From assembly GCA_963820435.1 (NCBI GenBank), contig CAWGAC010000008.1, positions 6,497-70,496 on the forward strand: a stretch of 64,000 nucleotides of DNA, given 5' to 3'. The DNA is from an uncultured Spirochaetota bacterium (GTDB lineage: Bacteria > Spirochaetota > Spirochaetia > SZUA-6 > Fen-1364). Of this stretch, positions 1 to 12,188 are shown one piece after another. Each line of letters begins with the position of its first letter. The stretch's first letter is position 1. The position numbers were made by a program, and so were the translations under genes. The notes beneath the pieces were generated by a model. The model was not told the origin of the DNA. It did no database searches and saw only the letters and a program-made list of their open reading frames with translations.

Positions 1-1425
1 TCGGAGCGCTTGTCGGCCGAACAGATGTGCGCACCTGCATCCTGGTTGTCTCCCAGACACGCCAGCGCGTTAGTAGATGTCCGCTAGGCGACTCAACGCG
101 AGTGCCAGCAAGCTCCGTTGCCGCACCGTGTCGCGTCACAGCTGACGCATGCATCGCGATCAGCGTCACCAGCGCCACCTTCTGCCGCGCCGTGAAGAGG
201 TCGCCCCACTGGAGCATGCCGTACCGCTGCACGCTGAACGCGCGGCCAGCGCCGAGCCGCACCGGCGGGCAGTCGGCTCATCCGGCACCGGGCAGAGGCC
301 CTGCCTTCCGCCGCGCTCCCACTCGGCGAGGATCGCCGCGAGCCGCTCCTGCGCCTTGCGGACGGCCTCATAGTCGCGCTCCGTGGGCAGCCGGTAGTGC
401 CGCCCCTGCTCGCCGGGCTTGAGCGTCACCACCGCCAGCATCCGCGCCCCGCCCGTGCGGCGGCCCTTCGCGTCGAAGATGACGTCGGCCCCGCCGCGCT
501 GCGCCGCGAGCTGCGCGCGCACGCGCTCGGGCGGGAGCACCGCGCCGCAAGCGACGCACGTGGCCTTCGCGCGCGTCACCGTGCCGCCGGGCACTTCCTT
601 CTCCGCCTTCGGCTCGAAGACCTCGAACTCGACGCGCGGCGGCTCGCCCGCGGGCCGCACGACGCGATGCTTGAGCGCCCGCCTGCGCTTCGCCTTCTTG
701 CAGAGCCAGAACGAGCGCGCGAGCGGGATCTCCGCGCCGCAGTTCGGCGACTCGCAGCGCACGGTCCGCGCCCAGAGGTAGGCGATGGGCGTCGCGCCGT
801 CCGGGTCCTTCGGATAGAGGTCGGCCAGCTCCTTCTCCGCCTGCCGCTTGATCTCCGCCCCGACGCGGCGCAGCTCCTCCGCGAGCTTCGGCCCGTGGCG
901 CGGGATGTCCTCGAGCATCACCTTGAGGATCAGGCAGGCGACGGGGTTCAGATCGCTCGCGAACGCCTCGCACCCGAGCCGCAGCGCCTCGAGCGGGATC
1001 GAGCCGCCCCCCGCGAACGGGTCCACGACCAGCGGCGGCTCCTCGCCGTGCGCCGCCTTCACCAGCGCTCGGCTCACCTCGAGATAGGTGCGTTGCGCCG
1101 CGTTATCCCAGTTCGCGAAGTCCGCGATGAACTTGAGCAGCGCCTTGCGGAGGTCCTCGTCCGCGGGGCCGATCTTGCCCAAGAGCTGCGGCAACATCTC
1201 CCGCGCCTTCGCCTTGAACTCCCCCGGGCAGAGCGGATCGCACGGGTCCGGCCACAGCAGCGCGAGCAGCACCGCCCGGCTCGACGCCAGCGGCCGCCGC
1301 GCCCACCACAGGTGCAGCGTGCTCGGATGCCCGTGCCGGATCGACTTCTCCCGCGCCGCGTGCCGCGACACCTCGGCGATCGGGAAGTCCACCTCGGCAA
1401 GGCGCTTGCAGTCCTTGGGGATCAT
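1..1425 (-). CDS. DUF1156-domain adenine-specific DNA methyltransferase (partial, runs off left edge, frameshifted near 100-260)
   Basis: EKSIRHGHPSTLHLWWARRP (DUF1156 signature) and VVDPFAGGGSIPLEALRLG (SAM-binding motif I). The reading continues in shifted frames as FSVQRYGMLQWGDLFTARQ and FGRQALP. The ATG at 1425 overlaps the AIPR stop (ATGA). Confidence 0.85.
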
Positions 1426-3194
1426 GCATTCATCTCCTCGTCGAGTGCCTTTTGAAACTTCGCCCATGCGCGACTAAACGCTGTTTGCGACCTATTTCCG
1501 GAACCAGGCCAGTGCTTGCCGAACTCCTTGTGCAGGTTGCGGCGCTGGAAGAACGTCGAGACGTCGATGGCCTTCTGCCCGGAGCCGCGTTTGCTGCGGT
1601 AGAACCGCAGGGCCGCTACGAACACGGTGTTGATCGCCCGGAGCAGCGGAGTCACGACGCCCGCGGTGTCGCGCTCACAGGCTTTTCGAAACGTTTCAGC
1701 CTGAGCACGCTTCCGACAGACTGACTCGAGCAACGTCCAGAGGAAGTTCAGCACCAGCCACTTCGCGTAGGCTCGCTCCGGATAGCCGCGCGCGGCGTAA
1801 CTCGTTTCGCGCATGAGCCAGTAACGCGACAGGTAGTAGTTCGGATCGGCCGTGGGGAAGATTTGCGCGTACCAGCGCTCCTCGAAGAGGCGCTCTTTGC
1901 CCTCGCGAACGATCGAGGGATCCATGTCGCAGCCGGCAACGGACTGCGCGATCTCCTCCTTCTTCACAAGGCGCAGATGTCGGGTGCCTGCAGCCCGCCG
2001 CGCCTCCCTCTTTGTCATCCGTTTGCGGAGGTAGAGGTAGCTCAGCTTGCGGAACTGACGCTCGATTTCGATCTGGCGCCGATCGTTGGACATGAGGTCC
2101 GACGGGCGAATCGCGTTCTGCCAGTTCGTAGCAGAAACGATGCGGGATACGAGCGTCTCGAAGGTGTTGCCATTCTCATTCTGCGACCGGGGAACCCGAT
2201 CACCCGGACGAGCACGCTCGCGCGAGGTCCCTTGCGGACGTTGCGAGCAAGAGTGCGAGTGGTCTGTTGGCCATTGATCACCTGGGGATTGGTGACGCGC
2301 AGGATGTTCCTTCCTCGGCTCGACTCCTGCGTCGCGTCGTCACAAACGATGGTGACTCCGTTGTTGTAGTACCAGAAGTACTCGGACTCGCGTGTGAGCG
2401 TGGCTTCCATGCCTCGGTTGATCGCGGTGCTACCAAGGAAGCCGCGAACGTTTCTGGCGAAAAGCCGAGTGCCGGCCCGCTCGAACAGCCCGGCCACCGA
2501 GAGATCTGTCATCGAAAACACCCACGATTCGATGTCGGTTTTGCTGTCGTAGCGATTGAAGACGCCAGCTGTGCGCACGCCGCCGCCCGATTCGATCTCG
2601 AGGTCGAGCGATGGCACGGGCGGCGCCACACCATCGAGATAGTCAGTAAGCAGCAAAAGGATGCGTTTGCCGTCGAACAGCTGGAAGGTGACCGTACTGT
2701 CTGCCGCGCGGACGATACGACTCGCCTCGTCATGGAGCGCGCTGCTGCATTTGCCCAGTGTCACGTAGAACATGTGTAGCGCGTATCCGCGCTTGCGGAT
2801 TCGGCTGCGAGCCTCCTCGAGTCGGCTGAGCACCTCCGGGGAGAGATCCTTGGCGAGGCTCGCGAAGCTCGCTCCGTCGCCACAGAGATCCAAGGCGAGT
2901 TGCGCGAACCCGGTCACGTCTGCCCGGTGTTCGTTTTTCGCGGCGACTTTCTGGCGGTACTTACCTTGAACGACGAACACAATCCGCGCCGGATCGTCGA
3001 TCAGCACGGCGTCCACTCCCTTGTCACGCGATCCGCCGCACAAGCCCGCCGTTGCCGCAGGCTCGTCCTCCGCCACGAAGGCGCGTAGGAACCAAAGGAC
3101 GAATAACTCGTCGTCGGCGAGCTTCGGGTAGTGGTCCCGGAAATTCGGCGAGTTCGCGGCGCAGGTCGGTTTCATTAAGTTGGGCAGTGGCCAT
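1422..3194 (-). CDS. AIPR (abortive infection phage resistance) family protein, split by about 2 frameshifts
   Basis: LFARNVRGFLG, FWYYNNGVTIVCD and PQVINGQQTT are AIPR core motifs, with an N-terminal DKGVDAVLID nuclease-like motif. The ATG at 3194 follows a GGAGG RBS. Pieces are ORFs 3024-3233, 2042-3175 and 1422-2093. Confidence 0.8.
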
Positions 3195-3198
3195 AAAG

Positions 3199-6100
3199 TC
3201 AGCCTCCAGTTCCGTAAGGCGGCGTGTCTTCACGCACCTGCATCGGCTTCGTCATCGCGTTCACCGTCAGAGTAGTAGTGCGCCACCTTCGTCACCTCGT
3301 TCCAGTCGAGGCGCGCCGGGTCGCGGATCGGCTCCTGGAGTCGCGGAGCATTGTCGCAGTCGGTGACGACGTAGAGCCAGAAACAGTCGGGACGGTCTTC
3401 TGCCACGCGCCGCTCATTGGGCGTGAGCAGGATCGTGCCGGTCGCTGCGCCAAGGCCCTTCACCTCGATGAGGCGCAGCTCTCCGGAAGCAAGGTCCAGG
3501 CTCGTGACGTCGTAGCCCAGGTTCTTCTCGGAGACGTCGTAGACCTGCCGCCCCTGCGCCTGCTCGTGCTCCATGACCACGCGCATGGCGATGGCTTCGG
3601 TCTCGAAGTTCGGCTTGAGACGCCGAACCTCGGGCGCCTCGCGCTCGGGGTGTGGCAGCACGAGGACGCTCGCGAGCCGCTCGACTGCCTGGAGCGTGAG
3701 CGCCCGCTGGCGATCGAGGTCGATCCTGCGGCGGTCGCGGCGGGCAAGCAGCTCCGCATGGCGCGTCTCGGCCTGCGCGAGCCGCCCCTCGGCGCCGGGG
3801 AGCTTCTGCTCCACATCGGACGCCGCGCGCCCGATCTCCTCGTCCGCGCGCTGGAGCAGCTCGGTGAGCGAAAGCTCGACGTGGGCGCTGACCCGCTCGA
3901 CCTCGGAAAGGCGATCCTTGCGTGTCTCTTCGAGGAACGGTGCGAGCGCATGCTCGTGAAGCCAAGTCGTCGCCTCGGGGAGGGTCGCGACCGCGGGCAT
4001 CTGGGCCGGCGGGTCCGCAGGCGCGAAGTTGCCGAGCAGGCCGGGCTCCTGGAGCCGAGGTTCGCCGTCCTCGGGGATCTCCACCGCGAAGAGCCGCTCG
4101 TGGACCACCTGCCCGAGTCCATCCACCACGCGCGCCCGGTAGAAGTCGATGCGCGCCGGGCTTTCGTGCTGGAGCGAGTGGAAGGTCGCGCCCTTGCCGA
4201 GCACGTCGAGCGCCCGCGCGTGGGTGTGCCGCCGGATCGCCTCGAAGAGCGGATGGCCGGGCGTGACCCACTCCAGCTTCTCAGTTTCGGCGGTCTCGCG
4301 GTCGGTGGAGCAGCGCGGATAGCGGTCCGCGAGGGCCGGGAGCTTCCAGTCCGGGTCCTTCTCGTAGCGACGGAGGATCGAGGGCGTGCGCGCCGGCTCG
4401 AAGGCGTGCGGCACGCTCGGGACGGTCTTGAGGGTGAGCGGCACGAACTCGGCCGCCTCACGGAGGAAACGCGCGATGGTCTCCGGCACGACGCGCCGCT
4501 CCTGCGCCCGCGCGCGCCGCTCGATCAGCATCTCGAGGTTGAGCTTCTTGCTCGCGAGCCCCTCGAGGGCGTTCTGGCAGATGGCGCGGAACTGCTCCTC
4601 GTCGACATCGCGGAGCATGCGCTCCTCGAGGTCGGCGTCGCCGAGCTTTCCGGCGTAGTAGTCGCGCAGCACGCGCTCGACGTGGGCCGCAGGCAGGACC
4701 TCGCCGACGACGTTGAATACGGCGTCGTCGTCGAGCGCGTCGCGGATCTCCTGCAGCTTCTCCAGCAGCCGCTGCAGGACGCGCCCTTCGATGGTGTTGG
4801 TGGCCACGAAGTTGAAGATCAGGCAGTCCTTGCGCTGCCCGTAGCGGTGGATGCGGCCCATCCGCTGCTCAAGGCGGTTCGGGTTCCAGGGGATGTCGTA
4901 GTTGAAGAGGATGTTGCAGACTTGGAGGTTGATGCCCTCGCCCGCGGCCTCGGTGGCGACCAGAACCTGGATCTCGCCTTCGCGGAACTGCTGCTCGGCG
5001 TGGAGGCGCGTGCCCGGCTCGTCACGCGAGCCCGACTTCATGCCGCCGTGGATGCAGCCGACGCGGAAACCCCAGGACTTGAGGCAGCCCAATGAGGTAG
5101 TCCAGCGTGTCCTTGAACTCGGTGAAAAGGAGCAGGCGCTGGTCCGCGTGGTCAAAAAAGCCTTCCTTCTGGAGCAGCGCCTTGAGTTTCGAGAGCTTCG
5201 CCTCTGTGCCCGCATCCTCGACCGCCTGGGCCTGGACTGCCAGGAGTCGCAGCTCCTGGACCTCCTGGCGCACGAGGTCGGCGCTTCCCGCGAGCGTGAT
5301 CGCCTCGAGCAGCGCCTCCAGCCGGTCGCGCTCGCTCTCCTCCATCTCCTCCAGCTCTTCCGGATCGGGGAGATCTGGCGGCGCCTGGCGGGCGAGATCC
5401 TGCGCACGCTTGAGACCCTCTTCGAGGCGCCGTGCGCGGTTCTCGAGCGAATGCCGCATGGCGTAGGTGCTCGACGCGAGCCGCCGCTGGTAGAGCGACA
5501 TCAGGAACCCGATCGCGCGCGCGCGCGGGTCCTCACCCTCCGCTGCGGCGCGGGCGCTCTCGCGCTTCACGAAGCGCGTCACGTCGCGGTAGAGGTCGAA
5601 CTCCGCCCCGTCGATCTGGAAGTCCACCGTGTGCGGAATGCGCTTGGTGAAGATCGGCTCGGCGGCCCAGGTCCCGTCCGCCCGCCGCTCGGGGAAGTAG
5701 ACCATCGCCTCCTTGGTGCGGCGCAGGTAGAAGGGCGCCCGCCTGCGGTCCATCGCCTCGCGGATCGATTTCACGTCGGCGTAGCGTCGGCGTCGAGGAG
5801 CTGCAGGAACAGGCTGAAGTTCTCCGGATCGCCCTTGTGCGGCGTCGCCGTAAGCAGGAGCAGGTGGTCCGAGGTGTCGCGCAGCAGCTCGCCCAGCCTG
5901 TAGCGCATGCTCTTGTGCGACTCGTCGGAGGCCGACATGCGGTGCGCCTCGTCCACAATGACGAGGTCCCAGTGGACCTGGCGCAACCCGGGCAGGATGT
6001 CCTGCGCGCTTCGCCAAGTCGAGCGAGGTGATGACCCGGCTGCGCTCGAGCCACTGATTCACGCCGAACTGGTCGCGGATGTCCTGGCCTTTGAGGACAA

Positions 6101-6635
6101 GGAACTTGGTATCGAACTTCTCCTTCAGCTCGCGCTGCCACTGGAAGGCGAGGTTCGCGGGGCAGACGATCAGGATGCGCTCGGCGAGGCCGCGCAATTC
6201 CAGCTCGCGGATGAGCAGGCCCGACATGATCGTCTTGCCTGCGCCGGCGTCGTCGGCGAGCAAAAAGCGTACGCGCGCGAGCTTGAGCAGGTAGTCGTAG
6301 ACCGCCTCGAGCTGATGCGGCAGCGGATCGACGCGCGAGATTGAGAGTCCGAAATAGGGATCGAACTCGTAGGCGATGCCGAGCGCATAGGCTTGGAGTC
6401 CAAGCCGCAACAGGCGTCCGTCGCCGTCGAAGGAGTGCTCCGCGTCGAGAACTGTAAGGCGATCGAGATCGGTTCCGGTCAGCGTCACTTTTCGGAACCG
6501 CTCTGACTGCGTACCCACCAGACCGACTACCCAGCTCGCCGGTCCGTTGGCCTGCACGGTTTCGACCCGCATGGGCTCGTTGAAGACGGCGCCCGTCAGA
6601 ATCTGGCCCGGGCTGACGGGTGATAGGCGAGTCAT
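3199..6635 (-). CDS. SNF2-family helicase with C-terminal DUF3883 nuclease-like domain, split by about 4 frameshifts
   Basis: FLLADDAGAGKT (motif I), DEAH, LLLTATPHKG, TEAAGEGINLQ, YDIPWNPNRLEQRMGRIHRYGQ, and C-terminal NLGYDVTS...IEVKG (DUF3883). Pieces are 5022-6749, 5771-5986 and 3230-5407. The restored C-terminus ends at TGA 3199-3201. Confidence 0.85.
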
Positions 6636-6849
6636 CGTGCTGGATCTCCCAATGAGAATGTCGTGCAAGGAACCACCGAGATTGCGCTCCTCTTCTGTGC
6701 CGTGGCCCGTAGCCTCACATAAGGACGTTTCTTTCGAGTAGAATATCACAATTCCAATTGCATTGGATTGCCTCAGACAGTCGCCACCAAATACGCATCA
6801 TGAGAAGCCCAACAAAGGGAAATGGTGCGAGGAACAGCGCCTTTCGGTT

Positions 6850-7300
6850 TCAGCTCTCCCACTTCGATGTAGCGCTCTGATTGTCCAAGAGCATCTCCCT
6901 GATGTTGTATTGATAGGTCTTCTGCTTGGCCGCGGAAAGGACGGCCTCGGCGTCCAGCTTCACGACCTGGGCGTCCGTCTCCTTCAGAACGATTCCCTGG
7001 GCCTTTCCACAATCCTCGAAGGTGGAGCTCACCGTCTTGAAGCGCAGCGCGTCGCGGATGTGCTCAACGTCATGCCAGGGCTTCCTAGCCAGAATCTCGG
7101 GCCTAGCTGCCTTCTCGATGATCCGCTCCTCCAGCTTCAGGTTGGTCTTGGCGTGCTCGGGGCTCAATCCCATGGCCTGGCGTACTTTCTCGAGGGCGGC
7201 GTCCAAAGATGGCTTGTTCTCCTCGCTCAGGCGCTGGAGGGCTCGCGCCTTCTCGATCGTTGGGAAGGGTCCGATCGATCGGGTTGACGATATTCTCCTC
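6850..7300 (-). pseudogene. Possible truncated RelA/SpoT-like nucleotidyltransferase fragment
   Basis: KLEERIIEKAARPEILARKPWHDVEHIRDALRFKTV resembles the K..E...K / IRD.LR motifs of stand-alone RelA/SpoT-like domains. There is no clear start codon and similarity appears to stop after VVKLD. Confidence 0.3.
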
Positions 7301-7866
7301 CCTCACGGCCTCTGTGGGAAGGGCCTGCGCTGGCTGCGCACGGGCCCCTGGCTCGTCCGCGGGCGGTTCTTCAGGTCTCGGTACGGCTGTCCCCGTGGCG
7401 GCCTACTTCTGGTGCATTTTGCCTTTCGAACTCGTCCCTCATCATCTGCCGGGGCTGGCCGGGTTGCTCCGCCTTCCCCTGCTCCATGGCCATTCGGGCG
7501 AAGCTGCCAGCCAGCACACCTGCGCGGCACAGCTTCTCTGCTCTACCGCCGGAGGCCGATGAGCTTTATTTGCGAAAATCACTGCTCCCTGGGTTTGTTC
7601 GGTTGCTAGATTGAGAATGCATTGTTGTATCGTGGCGACGACTGGGCTGTTATGGGAAGGTTTGGATATGACTTAGATCATTCTGCGCCTAATGGTAAGC
7701 TCTTCATAGAGGACAATGTTATGGATGCAGCGAGTGATTCTCTTGCCGCGGCTGCTGATTCAGGGCCCGCAGATTGGCTCTTCTTAAGAGACCCTTGGCA
7801 CGATTGTTGCCGTCTTTCTTGGTGGAAGGAAAGGCAGCCATGCGCAGGCCGGGAGGTGAGACTGGC

Positions 7867-8619
7867 ATGACCGAATGGAAAGAGATCGAGACAAGCGCGG
7901 TGAGTGCCCTCATGCGTAGGCTAAGGGACTATGAGAAGAGCATCCCGTCGACGAAAATGGGGTCATCCTGGCCGAGCCCATTCGTGCCTTCCTTGGAGCT
8001 GGATTTCAACGTGAACCGCGTGCTTGAGGTATTCGGCCTTGTTCACATGCAACCTGGATACGTCCTGGACTATATCTACCTTGTCGACGCTCTCGGAGGG
8101 CAGCCGTTTCTCTATGCGCGCCCGGTCGATGGCGCACGGGTCGCCTCGAAGGAGGAGTATTCCGAGCGATTCCAGTTGGAGATGCCGAGGCTCCTTTTGG
8201 GTGATGAGCCCACGGATGAGGATAGCAGGCCCTACCTCGACCACATGGTGTTCGAGAAGACCGATCTCGGCTTCCTGCAGTTCGCCCTGTTCTGCATGAA
8301 GGCCAGGCGTTTCCAGCTCTACTGGCACTCGAACTACAACAACCGGATCTACATCCTTGACGACAAGGAACGGTCAGAGCGGCTGCACGCCCGGGAGTTC
8401 GACCTACCAAAGCTTTCGGACGAGGAACTGGGTGTCCTTCCCCTCCTCGATATCCGGCCCAAGGTCCAGACATATGGAGAGGGCGGCTGGGTTAGGCTCT
8501 TCAACTATGATATGAGCCGGGGGTTCTCGTACTGCACTATCGAGGTCGAGTGGCCGAATAGGCTCTGCGGCATCATGGACGAGATCATTATCGGGAGCAG
8601 GCATACGGTATTCTACTGA
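7867..8619 (+). CDS. Hypothetical protein (250 aa)
   Basis: Clean ORF with ATG after a GGAGGTGA-like RBS and protein-like composition (GGQPFLYARP, FQLYWHSNYNN). No family recognised. Confidence 0.65.
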   Translation: MTEWKEIETSAVSALMRRLRDYEKSIPSTKMGSSWPSPFVPSLELDFNVNRVLEVFGLVHMQPGYVLDYIYLVDALGGQPFLYARPVDGARVASKEEYSERFQLEMPRLLLGDEPTDEDSRPYLDHMVFEKTDLGFLQFALFCMKARRFQLYWHSNYNNRIYILDDKERSERLHAREFDLPKLSDEELGVLPLLDIRPKVQTYGEGGWVRLFNYDMSRGFSYCTIEVEWPNRLCGIMDEIIIGSRHTVFY

Positions 8620-8918
8620 CGCATACGGCTGGAATTCGTATCGGGCCTGCCGAAAGTAGCGTCTTTGAGTGCGTTCAAGCAGTCGACCCATCCTTAAGTC
8701 TAGGGCACTAGCCATTGATCAGCACTACTCTCGTAGAAGAATTTTCATTTCTGCATGTGAGAAGCAAATGGACGCCCGGATACAGTCGATTCCAGAGAGC
8801 TGCCACAGGCTTCTATTACATCTACATCACGATTCGATGTGCTGAGAGGTCTTACCCCGCGCAAGCCAAGGAGTGTGAGTAGCCCGTATGGACTGACCGT
8901 GGGGGTGTCTTCGTTCAT

Positions 8919-11900
8919 CTAGCTACTCCATACCTCGCCGGACAGCCGTCCCCAGACTTCCCGATAATCTCGGCCTGACATCGCGGCGCCCTTTGGGGCG
9001 AACCTGCCCCAGTCATTGTCGTTAAGGGTCCGAAGAAAGGTACGTGCAACGCCGACATTTTGATTGCCCGCGGGAACGCCGGTCTTTCGTTCGAATTCAG
9101 TCCCCAAAGATTCTGCAATGCTCCTCGGGACGCAATTCATGCGCATGAGAACTGCTGCCTCGGTCTTGACGCCATGGTAAATCATAGCTGGCAGGCTGTT
9201 GATTCGGCGCTTCTCTTCTGGGGACAGCCGATCGAAGTCTGTTCCGCTCACTTTGCATAATGCCGAAAGGCCCCAAGGGCCGCTATTGGTCAAAGCCTGG
9301 TAGATCGCCTTGCATGTGTTTGTAATCGCATCCGTGTCCACTTTGTTGCCAAAGAATTGTGTGGCAATTTCCTGAATCGAGCGGCCATCTACCCAGGCGC
9401 GTGTGATGTCGCAATGTGCTGCTGGCTAAGTCCCCGCGTGCTTATTTTTGACAGTGCCTCGTTGATTTGGGGGATGCGCATCATTATCCCGATCAGGCTG
9501 GGAAGAGGAGATGACGCTGCATCTTTGAAAAGGCTCGCGGGTTCCCAGTCTGCTGTAGTCAAGCTTACGCTGCAACTGGTTCAAACCTGCGAGCGCTGCG
9601 GCAACACTCTCCGGGGCAAACCCAGTTGCATCGGCCAGGGCTGCAGGCCCCGGATTGTTCGCAAGCCTCCGCGCATAGTCACCAGTAGCCCTAACAAGGG
9701 CTTCAGTCTTTTGCCTCGCGCTGAGATCCGTGCGTTGCTGTAACGCGCCATAGCCGTAGGTGTTCCGTAGCAGTTGTTCCGTTTCAGCGAGCACGGCGTC
9801 GAGGTTCTTTTTCTCGTTCCAAAGGTGAGCAATATAGCACCTGAAATCAGTCCACTGGTCTTCCTGAATGACCAATGACAACTGGCTGAGCCTGCCCTGC
9901 CGCTCCACTTCGTCGAGCAGTCCGATTAGCCTTGAAACCAATGCTCCGGTCGTCTGGCTTACGAACCGTCGATTACCATCAGGGTCGTCGCCAGCTGCCA
10001 GGCCAACGATGCCGACGCTCTCCTGATTTACGCGTCCTGCCCGGCCCGCGAGGTTCCAGAACGTCCTGGGATTCATTTCCCTTCCGTATGGATACTTCCG
10101 CGTAGCAAGAAAAATGGAGGCAACAGGGAAGTTGATTCCGTGGATAAGAGTCGTGGTTGTGCAGAGCACCCGCAGTGCTCCGATCTCCGCGAGCCACTCC
10201 ATGAGGGTACGCGTCTCGTCCGATAGCCCAGTGTGGTGAACCCCGACTCCTCGGCTGAGCATGTCTATGAGTTCAAACTGGGGGCTAATCTCTGTCATGA
10301 GGAATCGCTGAACTAGGGCGATTTCCGAAGGGACGTCCTCAAACGCCCTGAAGCTATCCTTCACGACCCGCGCCAGAGCCCATACATGGTCTATTTTCTG
10401 GGCAACCGCGATACTGGTCCCGCGTTCGGAGAATACCTTTGCCATAGCCCCGGCTTGAACCGACACACCCTTTGCCTTTGAGAAAGAAATATCCAACGGT
10501 TTAACCGTTCCAACTTGGTGCTGGCCTTGAAGGTGAATGGTTTTCGGCGTAGTGATCAGCGTTTCGAATTGAAGCGTCCAGCCGCCGCGGACCGAATTGT
10601 CCCTTATTTCTTTGAAGAGCCCAACGGCGCGTTCATTCGGTTGCCATGGTGATGTCCCGATACTTATGGTTTTGCCAGCCTCCGCGCCAAGCCATCTCGC
10701 GAGGTCCCCGGCGTTCGGGACGTAAGGCATCAGCAAGAGAAAGCTCGCACGGCCGCACTCGCGCTTGATAGTCGCCAGCAGGAGCTCCATTCGAAGGCCC
10801 CGTTCTTCGTCTTCGATGCCGTGTGCCTCATCCATAACCACCAGCGCCAAGGGGCGCGCAACTTCTTTATTCCGAATCACCAGTTGCAACTTCTCCGGGG
10901 TGGATACTAAAACGTGGAACGGGACCGCATCGGTCTCCGCGGTGAGCATCGCTTCCTCGAAGGCGTCTATCTCAATGGCCCCGCTCAGCTGCTCGACCCG
11001 GATATCCAACGGGCTGAAGTCCTCTCGAAGTCGGCGAGTTATCTGCGACACGAGGGCGCGGGTCGGCGCAACATAGGCCACCCATCCCTTGTCAGCGTCA
11101 AATTGGTTCAAAGCCTGAAGGATTCGGAACTGCGCCAACGCGGTTTTCCCGCCGGAGGTCGGCAAGTTCACGATCACCGCGCGGCTTGCTTGGTCCAGAA
11201 GCCCCTGTTCCTGTATCGCGGCCCTCTGTGGAGGCATGAGTTCGAACATCGAACGAGCTTTAGTAATGCTCTTAACAAAACTTGTAACGCGGGAGTTTAC
11301 AGCTTGGGCCACTTTCCAGAGAGAACCCGAGACCATTCTGCGAGAGGCAGCGTGCAGCCAGCGGAGGATGACCTCCAGCGCCGCGTCCTGTGCAGCAGCA
11401 GCGGCCTTTTGTGCGGCCTCGAAATGCTTATCCAACTCCGCCTCAATTGCAGGCGGATCTCCCTGCAACGTGTAGACTGCAAGAAGCTCCGTCGCCTTGG
11501 CCCAGTGGTACAACGCAATGAGGCGAAGAGCCGTGGCTTGCGCGGCGACATTGTCCGGGCTGGCAAGCGCGGCTGTCTCGTACTGCTGCTGGTCCTTGCG
11601 CAGGCCGGCAATTATTTCCCGAACGCCGTCCAGATCATCCCAGCCCTGTTTGCGTAGGAGGCGCACCCAACAGTCAAACAACCGATAGAGGACCCGGCCC
11701 TCCCAACTCGCATCCGCAACGGACGGCGGCCTGACTTCTCGCTCGTGATCCCTGAGCCAGCGTCGCAGGTCGGTCCATTGATCGCCACAATACGCGAGCG
11801 CCGCCAGATGCAGAACATGGAATATCCTGCCTTCCGCTGCCGTTGGTATAGACAAGATTCGCTGCAGCGAATATGCCCGGTACGCCCCGGCCTGCGCTTG

Positions 11901-12188
11901 CAGGCGCAGTAGAACACGGGCTTCCTCGTCCGAAGGATGCAGGAGTGCATCCAGCCCTTCGATGGCGCCGATTTCGTAAGCCATAGCTGCGCGCTCTACT
12001 ATTTCGTTGTCCGTCGGGGCATCGTCGAAGGTAATCGTCATCTGATGGCCAACAGCGGCTCGCATTACACGAATCTTGGCCACTTCCCAGGCTCGTGCGA
12101 GCGGCTCGTCGCCAAAGGCTTTTACCGCCCAGTGCTGGTCAATGCGGTTGAGGGCGTCTTCGCTTATGACCATGTCAGTTCTTGCCAT
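8919..12188 (-). CDS. Ski2-like DEAD/DEAH helicase, Hachiman HamB-like (frameshift near 9560)
   Basis: LPTSGGKT Walker A, VVMDEAH, GVGVHHTGL, TTTLIHGINFP and NLAGRAGR. Start MARTDMVIS at 12188 overlaps the upstream gene. The C-terminus continues in ORF 8919-9341. Confidence 0.8.

Noticed and set aside
3224-5095. Long plus-strand ORF (623 aa), and similar long antisense or alternate-frame ORFs such as 45011-47089, 57242-59359, 25711-27141, 29035-30630 and 16922-18556
   Set aside because: They are shadows of well-supported genes in high-GC DNA, with no motifs and biased composition.
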